DNA from: Candidatus Marinacidobacterales bacterium
Lineage (GTDB): Bacteria > Acidobacteriota > Vicinamibacteria > Marinacidobacterales > DATDRI01
NCBI GenBank assembly: GCA_965219415.1
Contig: CBDCNP010000002.1
Coordinates: forward strand, 384,001 to 448,000
Length of the DNA: 64,000 nt
Reading direction: 5' to 3'
This document shows positions 39,628-49,603 of this stretch, in pieces. The notes under the pieces were generated by a model. The model saw only the letters and a list, made by a program, of their open reading frames with translations. It made no database searches and was not told the origin of the DNA. How positions within the stretch are numbered: the first letter of the stretch is position 1; each line of letters begins with the position of its first letter. The translations under genes and the position numbers were made by a program.

Positions 39628-39644
39628 CATCCGTCCGCTCCAGA

Positions 39645-40331
39645 CTATTTCTTTCGCTGAGTTTTCTGCCTCGACTTCCTACGCACTCCTCGGCGGTTGC
39701 ATAGCGTGTAGATCCGGCACTCATCGCATAGAGGGCCGATCGGCCTGCAGACCAGCTGACCGTGCGCGACGAGCATCACATTCACTCGCCGTCGCCAACG
39801 CACTGGCACCAAAGGGGTGAGGGCGGACTCGGTTTTCTCAGGTGTCGCTGTCCGAACCCAGCCCAGCCGATTCGAGATTCGGTGCACGTGCGTGTCGACC
39901 GCGATCCTTGGGGCACCGAAGCAGGTTGCGAGAACGAGGTTGGCGCACTTGGGGCCGATACCCGGTAGCGAGAGCAATCCCTCGATCGTGCGCGGCACCT
40001 CCCCCTCTTCGATCAAGCGGCTGGCGATGGCCCGAAGCTGCTTGGCTTTCTGGCGATAGAACCCGGCGCCGTAGAGAATTCGACTCAGACGCGCTTCTGA
40101 GAGCGCGACCAGGGCCTCCGGTGAGGGTGCGACCTCGAAGAGGTTATTGGATATTCTGAGCGTCTGCTCGTCGCGAGTGCGGGTGCTGATGAGGCACGCC
40201 ACCAGGGTTTGAAAGGGCGTGCGTTCTCCCCAGATCCCTTGGTACACGGGGGCGCTTGCGTACCGTCCGCGGCGCGTGTCCCGCGAGAGGATTCGCAGCA
40301 CTTGTGGCAAGTCCTTGACTCTGCGCTGCAT
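39645..40331 (-). CDS. nth: Endonuclease III (HhH-GPD, 4Fe-4S); start MQRRVK
   Basis: LPGIGPKCA, VDTHVHRISNRLG and C-X6-C-X2-C-X5-C motifs. Confidence 0.92.
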   Translation of the reverse strand: MQRRVKDLPQVLRILSRDTRRGRYASAPVYQGIWGERTPFQTLVACLISTRTRDEQTLRISNNLFEVAPSPEALVALSEARLSRILYGAGFYRQKAKQLRAIASRLIEEGEVPRTIEGLLSLPGIGPKCANLVLATCFGAPRIAVDTHVHRISNRLGWVRTATPEKTESALTPLVPVRWRRRVNVMLVAHGQLVCRPIGPLCDECRIYTLCNRRGVRRKSRQKTQRKK

Positions 40332-40353
40332 GGCAACTAGTATAGCCGCCGTC

Positions 40354-41373
40354 ATGCCTTTTACCCGTAGGTCGTTTCTAAGAAGGCTTGCGGCCACGGC
40401 CGCATTCGCCCACTCCTTCCGTGCGCAGGCGGCCGTGGGTACTGAGCTAGAAGAGCTCCTCTCGAAGAGCATCATCATCGACGCCTTGTCCTACTTTCAC
40501 CGGAACCCCGATGTGCGAGGGGCCGACCATTCGACACCGGACTTCGCGATGCTCAAGGAGTCCGGGATCACCATGGTGAGTCCGACTACCGATCGCAGAA
40601 CGGAGAGCCCCGACGCCGCCTATCACGACGCGCTGAAGCGCCTGGCCGAGCTTCAGAGTATCGTCGCCCGCTATCCGGACCGAATGATGCTGATACGCAG
40701 CGGCTCCGATATCGAGATTGCCAAGGAAGAGAACAAGGTCAGCGCTCTACCCAACTTTCAAGATACGACCGCGATCGGGACAACCTGAAGAACCTCGACG
40801 TGTTTTTCGATCTCGGCGTCCGCCAGATTCAGCTCACCTACAACTGGCGGAATCTGGTGGACGATGGTTGCTTGGAGAGAACCGGCGCCGGGTTGAGCTA
40901 CTTCGGAGTCGAGCTCGTCGAGCGCAATGAACGAGCTGGGCATCGCCGTCGACGTCTCCCATAGCGGGCACCGAACGAGCATGGACGCCATCGAAGCCTC
41001 TTCCAAGCCGATCTTGTTCTCGCATACCAACTGCAAGGCTATCTATGACCATCCTCGCAACAAGAGCGACGAAGCGATCAAGGCCCTCGCGAAAAAGGGC
41101 GGCGTGATGGGCATGACGCTCCTAAGTTGGTTCATCAGCGAAAACTCACCCTCGACGTTCGATGACCTGCTCGAGCATTTTGATCACGTCATTCGACTGG
41201 TCGGACCGGACCATGTCGGCATCGGCTCCGACATGGGACTGCCGGGCTGGCGCGTGACCAAGCCGGATCAAACGAGTTTACAAGGAAGCCCTCCCCAGCT
41301 AGCCACGTGTGAAAGGGCTGCCCCCCGATACCGCCGGGTTGCAGTTCGTCGACAACGCCGAAACAAGACCTAA
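40354..41373 (+). pseudogene. Tat-exported membrane dipeptidase (M19), frameshifted and apparently 3'-truncated
   Basis: TRRSFL leader; QLTYN in the middle frame; DVSH, SHTN, HPRNKSD and HVGIGSD; protein-like sequence fades after ~41270. Confidence 0.75.
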
Positions 41374-41455
41374 GACGACCCAACCGACTCCAAGAACGAC
41401 GACTTAGAAGAGGGAGGATGCGTAAGAACATCTGACTTCGGAATTCCGGCCACAG

Positions 41456-41475
41456 CCTCAGGGGATTTTAAGTCC
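41456..41475 (-). repeat. Short tRNA-Leu anticodon-arm remnant (att-like)
   Basis: CCTCAGGGGATTTTAAGTCC matches CCTCAAGGGGATTTTAAGTCC at 42278..42298, 16 bp exact. Confidence 0.7.
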
Positions 41476-41529
41476 TCTGAGGGACCACTCTTGACCACAC
41501 GGAGAGGCAACACAGCTTTAAGCCGTGCA

Positions 41530-41856
41530 TTAGTGAGTCACCGCGCTTCCCAATACGTTATAGGAGTGTCGATATTTTCGTCGGCCGTGGAGGACTCGGT
41601 AAATCCGAATCTGGCGTCGCAACACTTTGTAGAAGATTAGATATTCGTTCTCTATGAGGATGCGGTAACCGCGAGCTCGAAGGACCTCGTCCTTTGGCAG
41701 GACGCCACGTTCGGGCAACTTGGCCAAGCTCTCGATCCTGTCTAGGAGCGCGTCGACCAACCGCTCCGCAGCCTTTGGGCGATCCCGCTGGACGTAGTCG
41801 CGAATCTCGTTGAGGTCCGTTTGGGCCCGGCGAAGAATCCGGACCGAGCGTGTCAT
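41530..41856 (-). CDS. RelE/ParE family toxin
   Basis: AQTDLNEIRDY, LAKLPERG, YLIFY and RVLHGRR motifs. Confidence 0.92.
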   Translation of the reverse strand: MTRSVRILRRAQTDLNEIRDYVQRDRPKAAERLVDALLDRIESLAKLPERGVLPKDEVLRARGYRILIENEYLIFYKVLRRQIRIYRVLHGRRKYRHSYNVLGSAVTH

Positions 41857-42107
41857 CGCCTCAGCAGTTTCCTCATCTTTGCCGCGCTTATGCCCCTATC
41901 GCCAGCGCGGACATCCTCTTCTGCCTCCCCGAGGAGTCGGTAGAGCTCAAGACGAGCCTGATCGCGCTCGTACGTGGCGAGGCTCATGACAACCAAGTCG
42001 CCCTCCCCGTTCTTTGTGATAAAGACGGGCTCGCCAGTATCGTGGCAGACCTGCGAGATCTCAAGGCTCTTGTTCCGCAGGTCCGAGATGGGTCGTATTC
42101 GTGCCAT
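41853..42107 (-). CDS. Phd/YefM family antitoxin
   Basis: IRPISDLRN and EPVFITKNGEGDLVVMS motifs; 4 bp overlap with the toxin. Confidence 0.93.
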   Translation of the reverse strand: MARIRPISDLRNKSLEISQVCHDTGEPVFITKNGEGDLVVMSLATYERDQARLELYRLLGEAEEDVRAGDRGISAAKMRKLLRR

Positions 42108-42132
42108 GCGCTTCCCCTTTTCGATTTCAGCA

Positions 42133-42148
42133 TATCATAATTATGATA
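42133..42148. promoter_or_regulatory. Putative antitoxin operator
   Basis: Perfect palindrome TATCATAATTATGATA 25 bp upstream of the antitoxin start. Confidence 0.7.
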
Positions 42149-42237
42149 CGCGAACAAGAAAACCTCGTGGGCCGGCACCCGCCATCAACTGCAGTTTGGG
42201 GGTGCAGTTCAAAATGTGATGACCCGCTATGACTACC

Positions 42238-42300
42238 TGGTGCCGGGGGCGGGACTCGAACCCGTCACGAGGGGTCACCTCAAGGGGATTTTAAGTCCCC
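42238..42300 (-). pseudogene. tRNA-Leu(TAA) 3' fragment (anticodon arm to CCA)
   Basis: Minus strand GGGGA-CTTAAAA-TCCCC, long variable arm, GGGTTCGAGTCCC T-arm and ...GGCACCA end; no D-arm or 5' acceptor strand upstream. Confidence 0.85.
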
Positions 42301-42432
42301 AAAACGGCCTGGACTTTGGGTATCGAGGGGGCAGGCTGCGGTGGCGCATTATTATTGGGAAGCCCCCATGCGGATTCGTCTCGCTGCCTAAGCCACCGAT
42401 CGAGAAGCCCCTGAGAAATACGAGCCGCTTCC

Positions 42433-42882
42433 CTACTCGACTCGCTTCAAGACGAGTTGCGCCGTCGACGGTAGATCGATGATGACCTTGTCGCTCTCGA
42501 CTGAATATTTGGCACCGTCGAGGCTCGCCTCCGGCCCGTACCAGACCTCGGTCTCCTGAAACTCCTTCTTGGGATCCATGTGGAGCTCCATGTCTACCAC
42601 CATGCTGATCGTTTCCGGCCCGGTAATCTCGTAGGTACCGTGGTGTGCTTCCGAGAAATCCTTCTGTCGGACATCGCGATTGAAGAACGCAACGTGAAGC
42701 CAATGCTTATCTCCAAACATCATGTATCCGTCGGTCTTGTAACGGACTTGGCTATCGGCCTTGACGTAGGATTCCATCCACCAAGTCCCTTTCAAATCCA
42801 AGTTCCCACTCTGCCCGACTCCGACTCCGACCCCCAGCGCTACGAAGACGAGAACTACAGAGAGAGCTATTAGTTTTTTCAC
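42433..42882 (-). CDS. Secreted lipocalin-like domain protein
   Basis: GAGGAGG RBS, signal peptide, LKGTW and HHGTYEI; resembles 29173..29586. Confidence 0.7.
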   Translation of the reverse strand: MKKLIALSVVLVFVALGVGVGVGQSGNLDLKGTWWMESYVKADSQVRYKTDGYMMFGDKHWLHVAFFNRDVRQKDFSEAHHGTYEITGPETISMVVDMELHMDPKKEFQETEVWYGPEASLDGAKYSVESDKVIIDLPSTAQLVLKRVE

Positions 42883-42912
42883 TTCATCCTCCTCGAAGTT
42901 TGGTTGCGATCC

Positions 42913-44331
42913 TTATTCGGATGTTGGAGCAGGAGCCCCTTGAAAGGCCAATTCACCCCGCTCGAAAACCCGACCGTTAAGTATGACGACTTCGATATCT
43001 CGAAGATTCCTGATGTCATCCAAAGGATTCCGATTCAAAAGTACTAGGTCGGCCAGCTTTCCTGCTTCGATGGTACCCAACCGATCCCCGGCTCCGATCA
43101 TCATCGCAGCGTTTCGGGTACCGGCAACGATGGCATCCATGGGGGTCAACCCCGACTGCACCAAGAGCTCGAACTCGCGAGGCACATTGTAGCCTTGCAG
43201 AGAATGAATGACCGCGCCTCCCGCGTCTGTGCCCACGGTGAGCTTGACGCCGGCGTCGAAAAACCTCTTGGTGTTCTCCTTCATGGTTGCCACCGTGTCT
43301 CTCGCCCATTGGATTGAATCCGTTTTCAAGAAACCGTCCATCCCGCCAACCGCCCGCTCGAGGGTCTCTTCGCTCTGCAAGGTTTCGGCGACGAAGTCCG
43401 GTACGGAAGCCTTCAAGATCGGATGTTCCCAAAGCTCGGGCTCATCCATGTAGCGGTAGAAAGACTCGAAGAGAACGAGGGTCGGCGTAACGAAGATATC
43501 CGCCGCCGCCATCTCTCCGGGAAGTAGGTCGTCTGCCGGAAGGGGATCTTCGAGCATGTGCACGATGGCACGAGGCGTGACTGCGAGCGCGTCTCGATAC
43601 TCCTTGAGGTCCATGGCGTGGATCATCAACGGCACCCCACCCTCGCGGCAACGCTCGGCAACGAGTGCCATGAGCTCAGGGTCCATGCGGGGAAATGCGT
43701 TCGATGTCCCCAAGCCATTCTCGTAGATGACTTTCACTAGATCGATATTCGCCGCGAAGTAGTTGTTCAGGCGCTCATCGACTTCCTCGGACGTGGTCAC
43801 TCCGCCTCCGTGGCGGCCTCCCCATCCGTCCGGAGCCGTAAAATGCACTCCCCCGGTGTAGAAGCGGGGAGAGAGGACCTTTCCTCCACGCTCTTTGCTC
43901 CGATGCTCGAGGGCCCAATCGACGTTGGGAGAGGATAAGTTAATCAGGGTCGTGACGCCGTTGTACAGAAACGCTCTCGGATTGTTTTCCAGCGCCCGTT
44001 CCTTCTGCTCGTCGGAGAGGCCAAACCCGTTGGTCGACTCGAGATGCGAGTGGGCGTCGATGAGACCGGGGACCAAATACTTCCCGGTGGCATCCACAAT
44101 CTTTGCGTTCGCCGGCAGAGATGCTTCGGCGGCGTCCACGCTTTCGATGCGATTCCCCCTGATAACAACAATCGAGTCCGCTCGAGGGACCGAGCCCGTG
44201 CCGTCGATGAGCGTCGCCCCCTTGATAACGAGGGCGGGTTCCCCGCTTGCTTGTTCGACCGGTGGGGCGGCGCATGCAGCAGCAACCACAGCGGCGCCTG
44301 CGATGAGAGCCCATTCAGTTCTGTGAAGCAT
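42913..44331 (-). CDS. Amidohydrolase family lipoprotein
   Basis: PGLIDAHSH, GTDAG and GKLADLVLL motifs; AAAC lipobox. Confidence 0.92.
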   Translation of the reverse strand: MLHRTEWALIAGAAVVAAACAAPPVEQASGEPALVIKGATLIDGTGSVPRADSIVVIRGNRIESVDAAEASLPANAKIVDATGKYLVPGLIDAHSHLESTNGFGLSDEQKERALENNPRAFLYNGVTTLINLSSPNVDWALEHRSKERGGKVLSPRFYTGGVHFTAPDGWGGRHGGGVTTSEEVDERLNNYFAANIDLVKVIYENGLGTSNAFPRMDPELMALVAERCREGGVPLMIHAMDLKEYRDALAVTPRAIVHMLEDPLPADDLLPGEMAAADIFVTPTLVLFESFYRYMDEPELWEHPILKASVPDFVAETLQSEETLERAVGGMDGFLKTDSIQWARDTVATMKENTKRFFDAGVKLTVGTDAGGAVIHSLQGYNVPREFELLVQSGLTPMDAIVAGTRNAAMMIGAGDRLGTIEAGKLADLVLLNRNPLDDIRNLRDIEVVILNGRVFERGELAFQGAPAPTSE

Positions 44332-44343
44332 GTCTGCGCCTCC

Positions 44344-45741
44344 TCAGCTCGCCTTGTAGGCAAAATCGGCCCGAGGGTGTACCTGGCCGTCGCGAACGAT
44401 GAGTTCGATTCGTCGTACGTTTTCGATGTCTTCGAGAGGATTGGCGTCGAGAATCAAAAGATCCGCCAGTTTTCCCGCCTCTATAGTCCCTAACTCGTCT
44501 TGGGCGCCGATGAGCTCCGCTCCGACCCGAGTAGCAGCCACCAGGGTCTCCATCGGGCTGAACCCACACTCGACGAAGAGCTTCATCTCCCAAGGCGTGT
44601 TGTAACCCTGAAAATTCCAACCGACCCGTCCCCCGGCATCGGTTCCTATCCCTTGTTTGACGCCTGCCTCGTGCATCTTGGTAATGTTTTCCTTGAAGAT
44701 CGGAATCTTTTCCGCCACCCAATCATAAATCGCATCGCCGGCGATCTTCTGGAAGCGGGCATGCTCTTCTTCCATGAAGTCGGGGCGGCGCATTCGCTCT
44801 AGCAGAAAAGTCGGCACGGTTCCCATCAAAACCGGATCGTCGAACCCTCCCGGCCGCTTGTCATAGTGAAGAAACGCTTCGAAGAGACTAACGGTTGGAA
44901 TGACCGCGACATTGTTGTCCGCCATGTCCTGAAAAAGCGGGTCACCTTCCGGCACGCGCTCCTCCAAACCGTGGACGATGGCGCGAGGTCGAATGGAAAC
45001 CGCCTTTCGATACTCTCTGAGATTGATAGCGTGTACGTAAACCGGTACATCGTCCGCGGCGGCAGCTTCCGCGACGGCCTCGAGCATATCGTCGGGTATC
45101 AATGGAACGAGGCCAGACTTGTCGGCAAGTCCGTCTTCGATCACGATCTTGAAACCGTCAGTACCCCGAGCGATGTAGTCTGCGGCTCGCTGGCGAGCCG
45201 CTTCTGCATCTTTGAGCGCGCCTCCGTGCTGGCTTCCCCATCCGCCCTCTGGAGCGAAAGAGCGTCCCATCGCGTAGATCCTAGGCGAGACGATGCGACC
45301 TTCCCTCTGCGCCGCACGGCGTGCCCAAATCCACTCCTCGGTCGAGGACAAATTGAGAACGGTGGTGACGCCGTTGTAAAGCAGAGAGGTGCCGTTGTGC
45401 TCGATGATCTGTTCTCTTTCCTCTGGCGATATCTGATAGGCGATGGGTGCATCCAAATGGATGTGGGTGTCGATGAGTCCGGGAACGACGAATTTGCCCG
45501 TGGCGTCGACAACCGTAGCCCCACGGGGAGGCTCGAGATCAACCCCTATCGCCTCGATTCGGTTGCCGCGGATCCAGATGTTGGCGCCTTCCCGTGGCGC
45601 TCCACCGGTCCCGTCGATGAGGGTGGCATTCTGGATGAAGACGCCTTCTTGAACCGGCTCCGGCTCACTGCTGCAGGCCCAGAGAGCCCCTACCAAGACG
45701 AGCAAAACACCTAGAAAACTGCTGTCGATCCTCTTCATCAC
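44344..45741 (-). CDS. Amidohydrolase family lipoprotein (paralog of the previous gene)
   Basis: PGLIDTHIH, GTDAG and QGYNTPWE motifs; LWAC lipobox. Confidence 0.92.
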   Translation of the reverse strand: MMKRIDSSFLGVLLVLVGALWACSSEPEPVQEGVFIQNATLIDGTGGAPREGANIWIRGNRIEAIGVDLEPPRGATVVDATGKFVVPGLIDTHIHLDAPIAYQISPEEREQIIEHNGTSLLYNGVTTVLNLSSTEEWIWARRAAQREGRIVSPRIYAMGRSFAPEGGWGSQHGGALKDAEAARQRAADYIARGTDGFKIVIEDGLADKSGLVPLIPDDMLEAVAEAAAADDVPVYVHAINLREYRKAVSIRPRAIVHGLEERVPEGDPLFQDMADNNVAVIPTVSLFEAFLHYDKRPGGFDDPVLMGTVPTFLLERMRRPDFMEEEHARFQKIAGDAIYDWVAEKIPIFKENITKMHEAGVKQGIGTDAGGRVGWNFQGYNTPWEMKLFVECGFSPMETLVAATRVGAELIGAQDELGTIEAGKLADLLILDANPLEDIENVRRIELIVRDGQVHPRADFAYKAS

Positions 45742-45792
45742 GGACTTCCTCCTGTTTCCGCCACGGCGTCCTCACAAAACCGACAAAGGGCG

Positions 45793-47079
45793 TCAGATTC
45801 TAACCTTCTTTTCCAAGAGCGTATATAGCACAACGATAGCGACGAGCGGCATCGTAGCCACCAAGGCAAAGACGGGTGGATAACCAACGTGGTCCACGAG
45901 CCATCCGGTGCCTAGTGTCAAAGCCAAACCACCGAGTCCGGCCCCCATTCCGCTGAGCCCTGTCACCGAGCCCACCGCCTCCCGCGGAAAGGCTTCGCCA
46001 CAAAGCGACATCATGTTGGGGGCCCATAGCCCGAAGCCAAAGGTTGCCACGCTGATTCCAGTGAAGGTGACCAGAATCGGAAACGGGAAGGCGGCGAGCG
46101 CCCCCGCGGTCATCATGATCATCCCCGCCGCCATGACCACCAGACGTGCCTTGATGACTGGAACGCCCCGCTTGATGAAGAGATCGGAGAACCACCCGCC
46201 AAGCAAAATTCCTACTCCCTGAGCTGCAAAGGGAATCCACGCGTAGCGGCCGATCTCGGCGAGACTGAAGCCGGCGTCGCGTTTGAAGTACTCGGGCAAC
46301 CAATAGTGGTAGAACCAGGAATTGGGATCGGCAAACATGCGCGCCAGTATGACGGCCCAAACACTCCGCGAGCGCAACAGCGAGAGATAGGGGATGTGAG
46401 AACTGCTCGAGGGGGCAACGGGCTCGCTCTCTCGAATCACCTCCAGCTCGGACGGTGTGATGCGGGGATGCTGCTCCGGCAGTCGGTAAACCGCCCACCA
46501 AACCAACACCCAGACGATGCCCAATAATCCCGTCAAGATAAAGGCGGCGCGCCAACCGAGCGAGAGCGTGATCCAAGCCACGAACGGCACCGAGACGACC
46601 AGCCCCACACTGGTTCCGGCACCCCAGATCCCGTTGGCCAAGCCGCGCTCGTGCTTGGGCAACCACTCGGAGACCCCTCGTACACATGCCGCCCAACTTC
46701 CTGCCTCTCCGGCCCCCAGGAGAAAACGGAAGATCGAAAAGGACATCACGCCTCTTCCGAAACCATGGAGCATGGCCGCTGCCGACCACCAAAGCATGAT
46801 GACCGCAAAGCCCTTGCGGGTTCCTATGCGGTCGATCATCCAGCCGGTTACCGGCTGCATGATGGTGTAAGCGATGAGGAAGCTGGAGAGGATGCGAGCG
46901 TAGCCGAAGTTGGAGATGCCTAGGTCGTCGCGGAGCGTCGGGGCGACTACCGCGAGCGTTTGCCGATCGACATAACTGATGGCAGTGGCCAGGAACAAGA
47001 GAGCAACGATCCACCAGCGGAGATTAGGTATCTGTCGCACCGGCCCCCTTGCGACCGAATCTGTGCCTCGACTCTGCAA
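45793..47079 (-). CDS. MFS transporter (ACS/ExuT-like)
   Basis: LRWWI, ISYVDRQ, DRIGTRKG and RFLLGAGEAG motifs. Confidence 0.92.
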   Translation of the reverse strand: MQSRGTDSVARGPVRQIPNLRWWIVALLFLATAISYVDRQTLAVVAPTLRDDLGISNFGYARILSSFLIAYTIMQPVTGWMIDRIGTRKGFAVIMLWWSAAAMLHGFGRGVMSFSIFRFLLGAGEAGSWAACVRGVSEWLPKHERGLANGIWGAGTSVGLVVSVPFVAWITLSLGWRAAFILTGLLGIVWVLVWWAVYRLPEQHPRITPSELEVIRESEPVAPSSSSHIPYLSLLRSRSVWAVILARMFADPNSWFYHYWLPEYFKRDAGFSLAEIGRYAWIPFAAQGVGILLGGWFSDLFIKRGVPVIKARLVVMAAGMIMMTAGALAAFPFPILVTFTGISVATFGFGLWAPNMMSLCGEAFPREAVGSVTGLSGMGAGLGGLALTLGTGWLVDHVGYPPVFALVATMPLVAIVVLYTLLEKKVRI

Positions 47080-47082
47080 TGC

Positions 47083-47982
47083 CTACCGGGCTCGTATCAT
47101 TTCTAGAATCGCGACAAACAGCTCGCTATCCGCATCGCCCAGTGACCGGGCGGTCTCGGCATGGTCCATGCCCTTGAGCATGATGAGCTTCGCGTCGACT
47201 CCGCTGCCCTTCAGTTTTTCCATGAACTCCCGAGATGACTCTCCGTAGGGTTCTTCCGTACCGACCGCGACGATGAACCGTGGTGAGGGGTTGTTGATGT
47301 TGAAGAACGGAGCGGCCTGCTCGCGATTTGACTCGTCGATGAATCCGGGAAGCCCGCTTATGTCTTTCAGGTGATAGGGACCGCTGATCGGCGCCACTCC
47401 CTTGATGAGACCAATGGGAACGCCGTGCTTTTCCCCCCACACGCCATTTGCACCGGCGAAACCCGAGAGGATCGCCCCGGCAGAATGCCCGCCGACGTAG
47501 ATGAGCTCGGGGTCGCCACCAAAGGAGGTGATGTTCTCGTGAATCCAAGCCACCGCCGCCGCCACGTCCTCGGACTGAGAGGGGAAGCCGAAACCGTCCA
47601 CGGTCAGTCGGTAGCTCGCCACCGCGGTGATGATTCCGTGCTCGGCAAAAGGAAGGGCGATGCCCCCGTAATGCGCACGGTCTCCCTCGCGGAAGCCTCC
47701 GCCGTGCAGGAACAAGAAGGTCGCCGCTTCGTCCGGCTGCCCTTTGGGTAGATACAGATCGAGCTTCTGCTTCAGGTCTTTCCCAAATGCTAGGTCCAGG
47801 TGGTTTGGCAGTTCCATGCGCGCCTTCGCGGTGTCCGCATCGTTCGCATCGTAGAACGCGACCCAATCGATGCTGAACTCACCGGCGTGGACTTGTGTGT
47901 AGTACTTTGATCGATCCTGCGCCGACATCGAAACGGTCGCGAGGAGATAACCCACCACCGCAAAGATTGCCGTCCTACTCAT
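47083..47982 (-). CDS. Secreted alpha/beta hydrolase (HSL/arylformamidase-like)
   Basis: HGGGF, GHSAG and C-terminal MDH motifs. Confidence 0.9.
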   Translation of the reverse strand: MSRTAIFAVVGYLLATVSMSAQDRSKYYTQVHAGEFSIDWVAFYDANDADTAKARMELPNHLDLAFGKDLKQKLDLYLPKGQPDEAATFLFLHGGGFREGDRAHYGGIALPFAEHGIITAVASYRLTVDGFGFPSQSEDVAAAVAWIHENITSFGGDPELIYVGGHSAGAILSGFAGANGVWGEKHGVPIGLIKGVAPISGPYHLKDISGLPGFIDESNREQAAPFFNINNPSPRFIVAVGTEEPYGESSREFMEKLKGSGVDAKLIMLKGMDHAETARSLGDADSELFVAILEMIRAR

Positions 47983-48027
47983 GAACAAACTCCTTTCCGC
48001 TGTCACGTTGTCCCGTGCGCTCAACCA

Positions 48028-48942
48028 TTATTTCGGTGGAACGTCGATCACCATCGCGTCTTCCGCCAGGATGACTTCTCCCGAGAAATTCTTCTTCGCG
48101 TCTTGAACGATCTTGTCCCAGATTTCTGGCGAGCGACGCTTGCCGTAGTACATCGAGGCCATTTCGATCGCGGCATCGGCCGAGGTGTAGGGTCCAAGAT
48201 GAGTCAATATCAGCGTCTTGACCCCCGCCTCCTGGGCCACTCTACCGGCGCCCAAGGGCCCCGAGTGGCTCCACATCTTGCGTTCTTCGATGATTTCGTC
48301 GAGAAAGGCCGTGTCATGAATGAGATAGTCCGCACCCCGCGCGAGGTCGATCATCCCTTGACAGGGGCTGGTGTCGCCGCTGATCGCGACGACTCCGTAA
48401 GGAGTCTCGACCCGGTAACCGACGGAAGGCAACCCGACCCTCTGATGATGTTCGACATCTCCGACGATGACCTTGAAATTACTCCCTTCGTAGACGAAGC
48501 CGGTCTCGATGTCCTCGACTTCGACGGCCGGAGTGTCCATGGGCTTGTGCTTGATATGGGGCGGCAAGGCCTTTATGTATGCCCTCACGAACGCCACGTC
48601 CGCTTTGTGGGACTCGAAGATCGTCGCACTCGACATATGAGTGGTCCCGTTCGGACCGTAGACTTTGAGTACTTTCCTGCGACCACAGTTCCAGGTGGTC
48701 ATGATCAAGTAACCGTAGTCGCACATGTGGTCCCAGTGCAGGTGCGTGAAAAACAAATAATCGACGTCCATCGGGTTGATCCCGGCTTTCACCAGGTTGA
48801 CGGTGGTTCGCTCTCCGCAGTCAAACAAGAGGATGGTGTCATCGACAATCACCGCCTGGCTCGGATTTCCCCGGTCCGGGTCGGGAACCGCCGAGCCCGA
48901 ACCGAGTATCGCAACCTTCATCCCTTTCAGGCCTTTCGCCAT
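48028..48942 (-). CDS. MBL-fold metallohydrolase (RNase Z/AtsA-like)
   Basis: FDCGE, THLHWDH, SGDT and LILTH motifs. Confidence 0.9.
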   Translation of the reverse strand: MAKGLKGMKVAILGSGSAVPDPDRGNPSQAVIVDDTILLFDCGERTTVNLVKAGINPMDVDYLFFTHLHWDHMCDYGYLIMTTWNCGRRKVLKVYGPNGTTHMSSATIFESHKADVAFVRAYIKALPPHIKHKPMDTPAVEVEDIETGFVYEGSNFKVIVGDVEHHQRVGLPSVGYRVETPYGVVAISGDTSPCQGMIDLARGADYLIHDTAFLDEIIEERKMWSHSGPLGAGRVAQEAGVKTLILTHLGPYTSADAAIEMASMYYGKRRSPEIWDKIVQDAKKNFSGEVILAEDAMVIDVPPK

Positions 48943-48952
48943 GCTCCCTCCG

Positions 48953-49603
48953 CTACCGCTCGTTCATTCGCGCTAGGTAATCCAAGACTTCCTTTAGGGT
49001 GACGACGTCCCCGTACCGTTGATCGATATCGATGAGGTTGGCCTCATTCGCCAGCGGCGACCGATCGCCTACCGCCTCTCGAACAACCAGGGGACGAAAA
49101 CAGTGTTGCGCCGCATCAACCGCCGAGGCCCTCACGCAACCGCTGGTCACGCATCCGCAAATCAGCAGCGTGTCGATCCCGCGCTCCGAAAGCTCTGCAG
49201 CCAGCTCGGTACCGAAAAAAGCCGAGCCCTGCTGCTTCGGGACGACGAGGTCGGTATCCCGACGCGGCAAGCGAGGGTCGACCCGAGTCCAACGAGAGCC
49301 TTTCTCGAGGACGGCAACCCGGGGCGACTTCACTCCTAGCAAGATCTTTTTCCCTTCATCGCCAACGTATTCAACCGTCGTGAAAACTGTGGAGATTCCA
49401 CATCGCTCCGCCGCCTTCAAGATCTGGACCGTCGCCTCGATTTCATCGTCCCAGTCGCCTCCGAGCGGGGACTCGCTGCTGGTGAAACCCTCGATGAAAT
49501 CAACGACCAGCACGGCGGGGGCTTTACCGGCACCCATGCGAGGCGCGCAGGTGTAAGGGTAGTGAGTCCGAATCCCCGCTAGCAGGTCTTCTTTTGTCAT
49601 CAA
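48953..49603 (-). CDS. Isochorismatase-family cysteine hydrolase (N-carbamoylsarcosine/maleamate amidase-like)
   Basis: VVDF, K..GSAFFGT, TSGCVRAS and YGDVV motifs. Confidence 0.9.
   Translation of the reverse strand: MMTKEDLLAGIRTHYPYTCAPRMGAGKAPAVLVVDFIEGFTSSESPLGGDWDDEIEATVQILKAAERCGISTVFTTVEYVGDEGKKILLGVKSPRVAVLEKGSRWTRVDPRLPRRDTDLVVPKQQGSAFFGTELAAELSERGIDTLLICGCVTSGCVRASAVDAAQHCFRPLVVREAVGDRSPLANEANLIDIDQRYGDVVTLKEVLDYLARMNER

Noticed and set aside
40770-40930. Selenocysteine readthrough or programmed frameshift in the dipeptidase
   Set aside because: Homology continues in a different frame before the TGA, and similar indels occur in many unrelated genes.
42238-42330. Intact tRNA-Leu gene
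   Set aside because: Sequence 5' of the anticodon stem cannot form a D-arm or pair with the acceptor strand.
45800-47014. 404 aa overlapping ORF (likewise 14909..15970, 24584..25483, 28234..28989, 50947..51924)
   Set aside because: Shadow frames of well-supported genes in GC-rich DNA, with no recognisable motifs.
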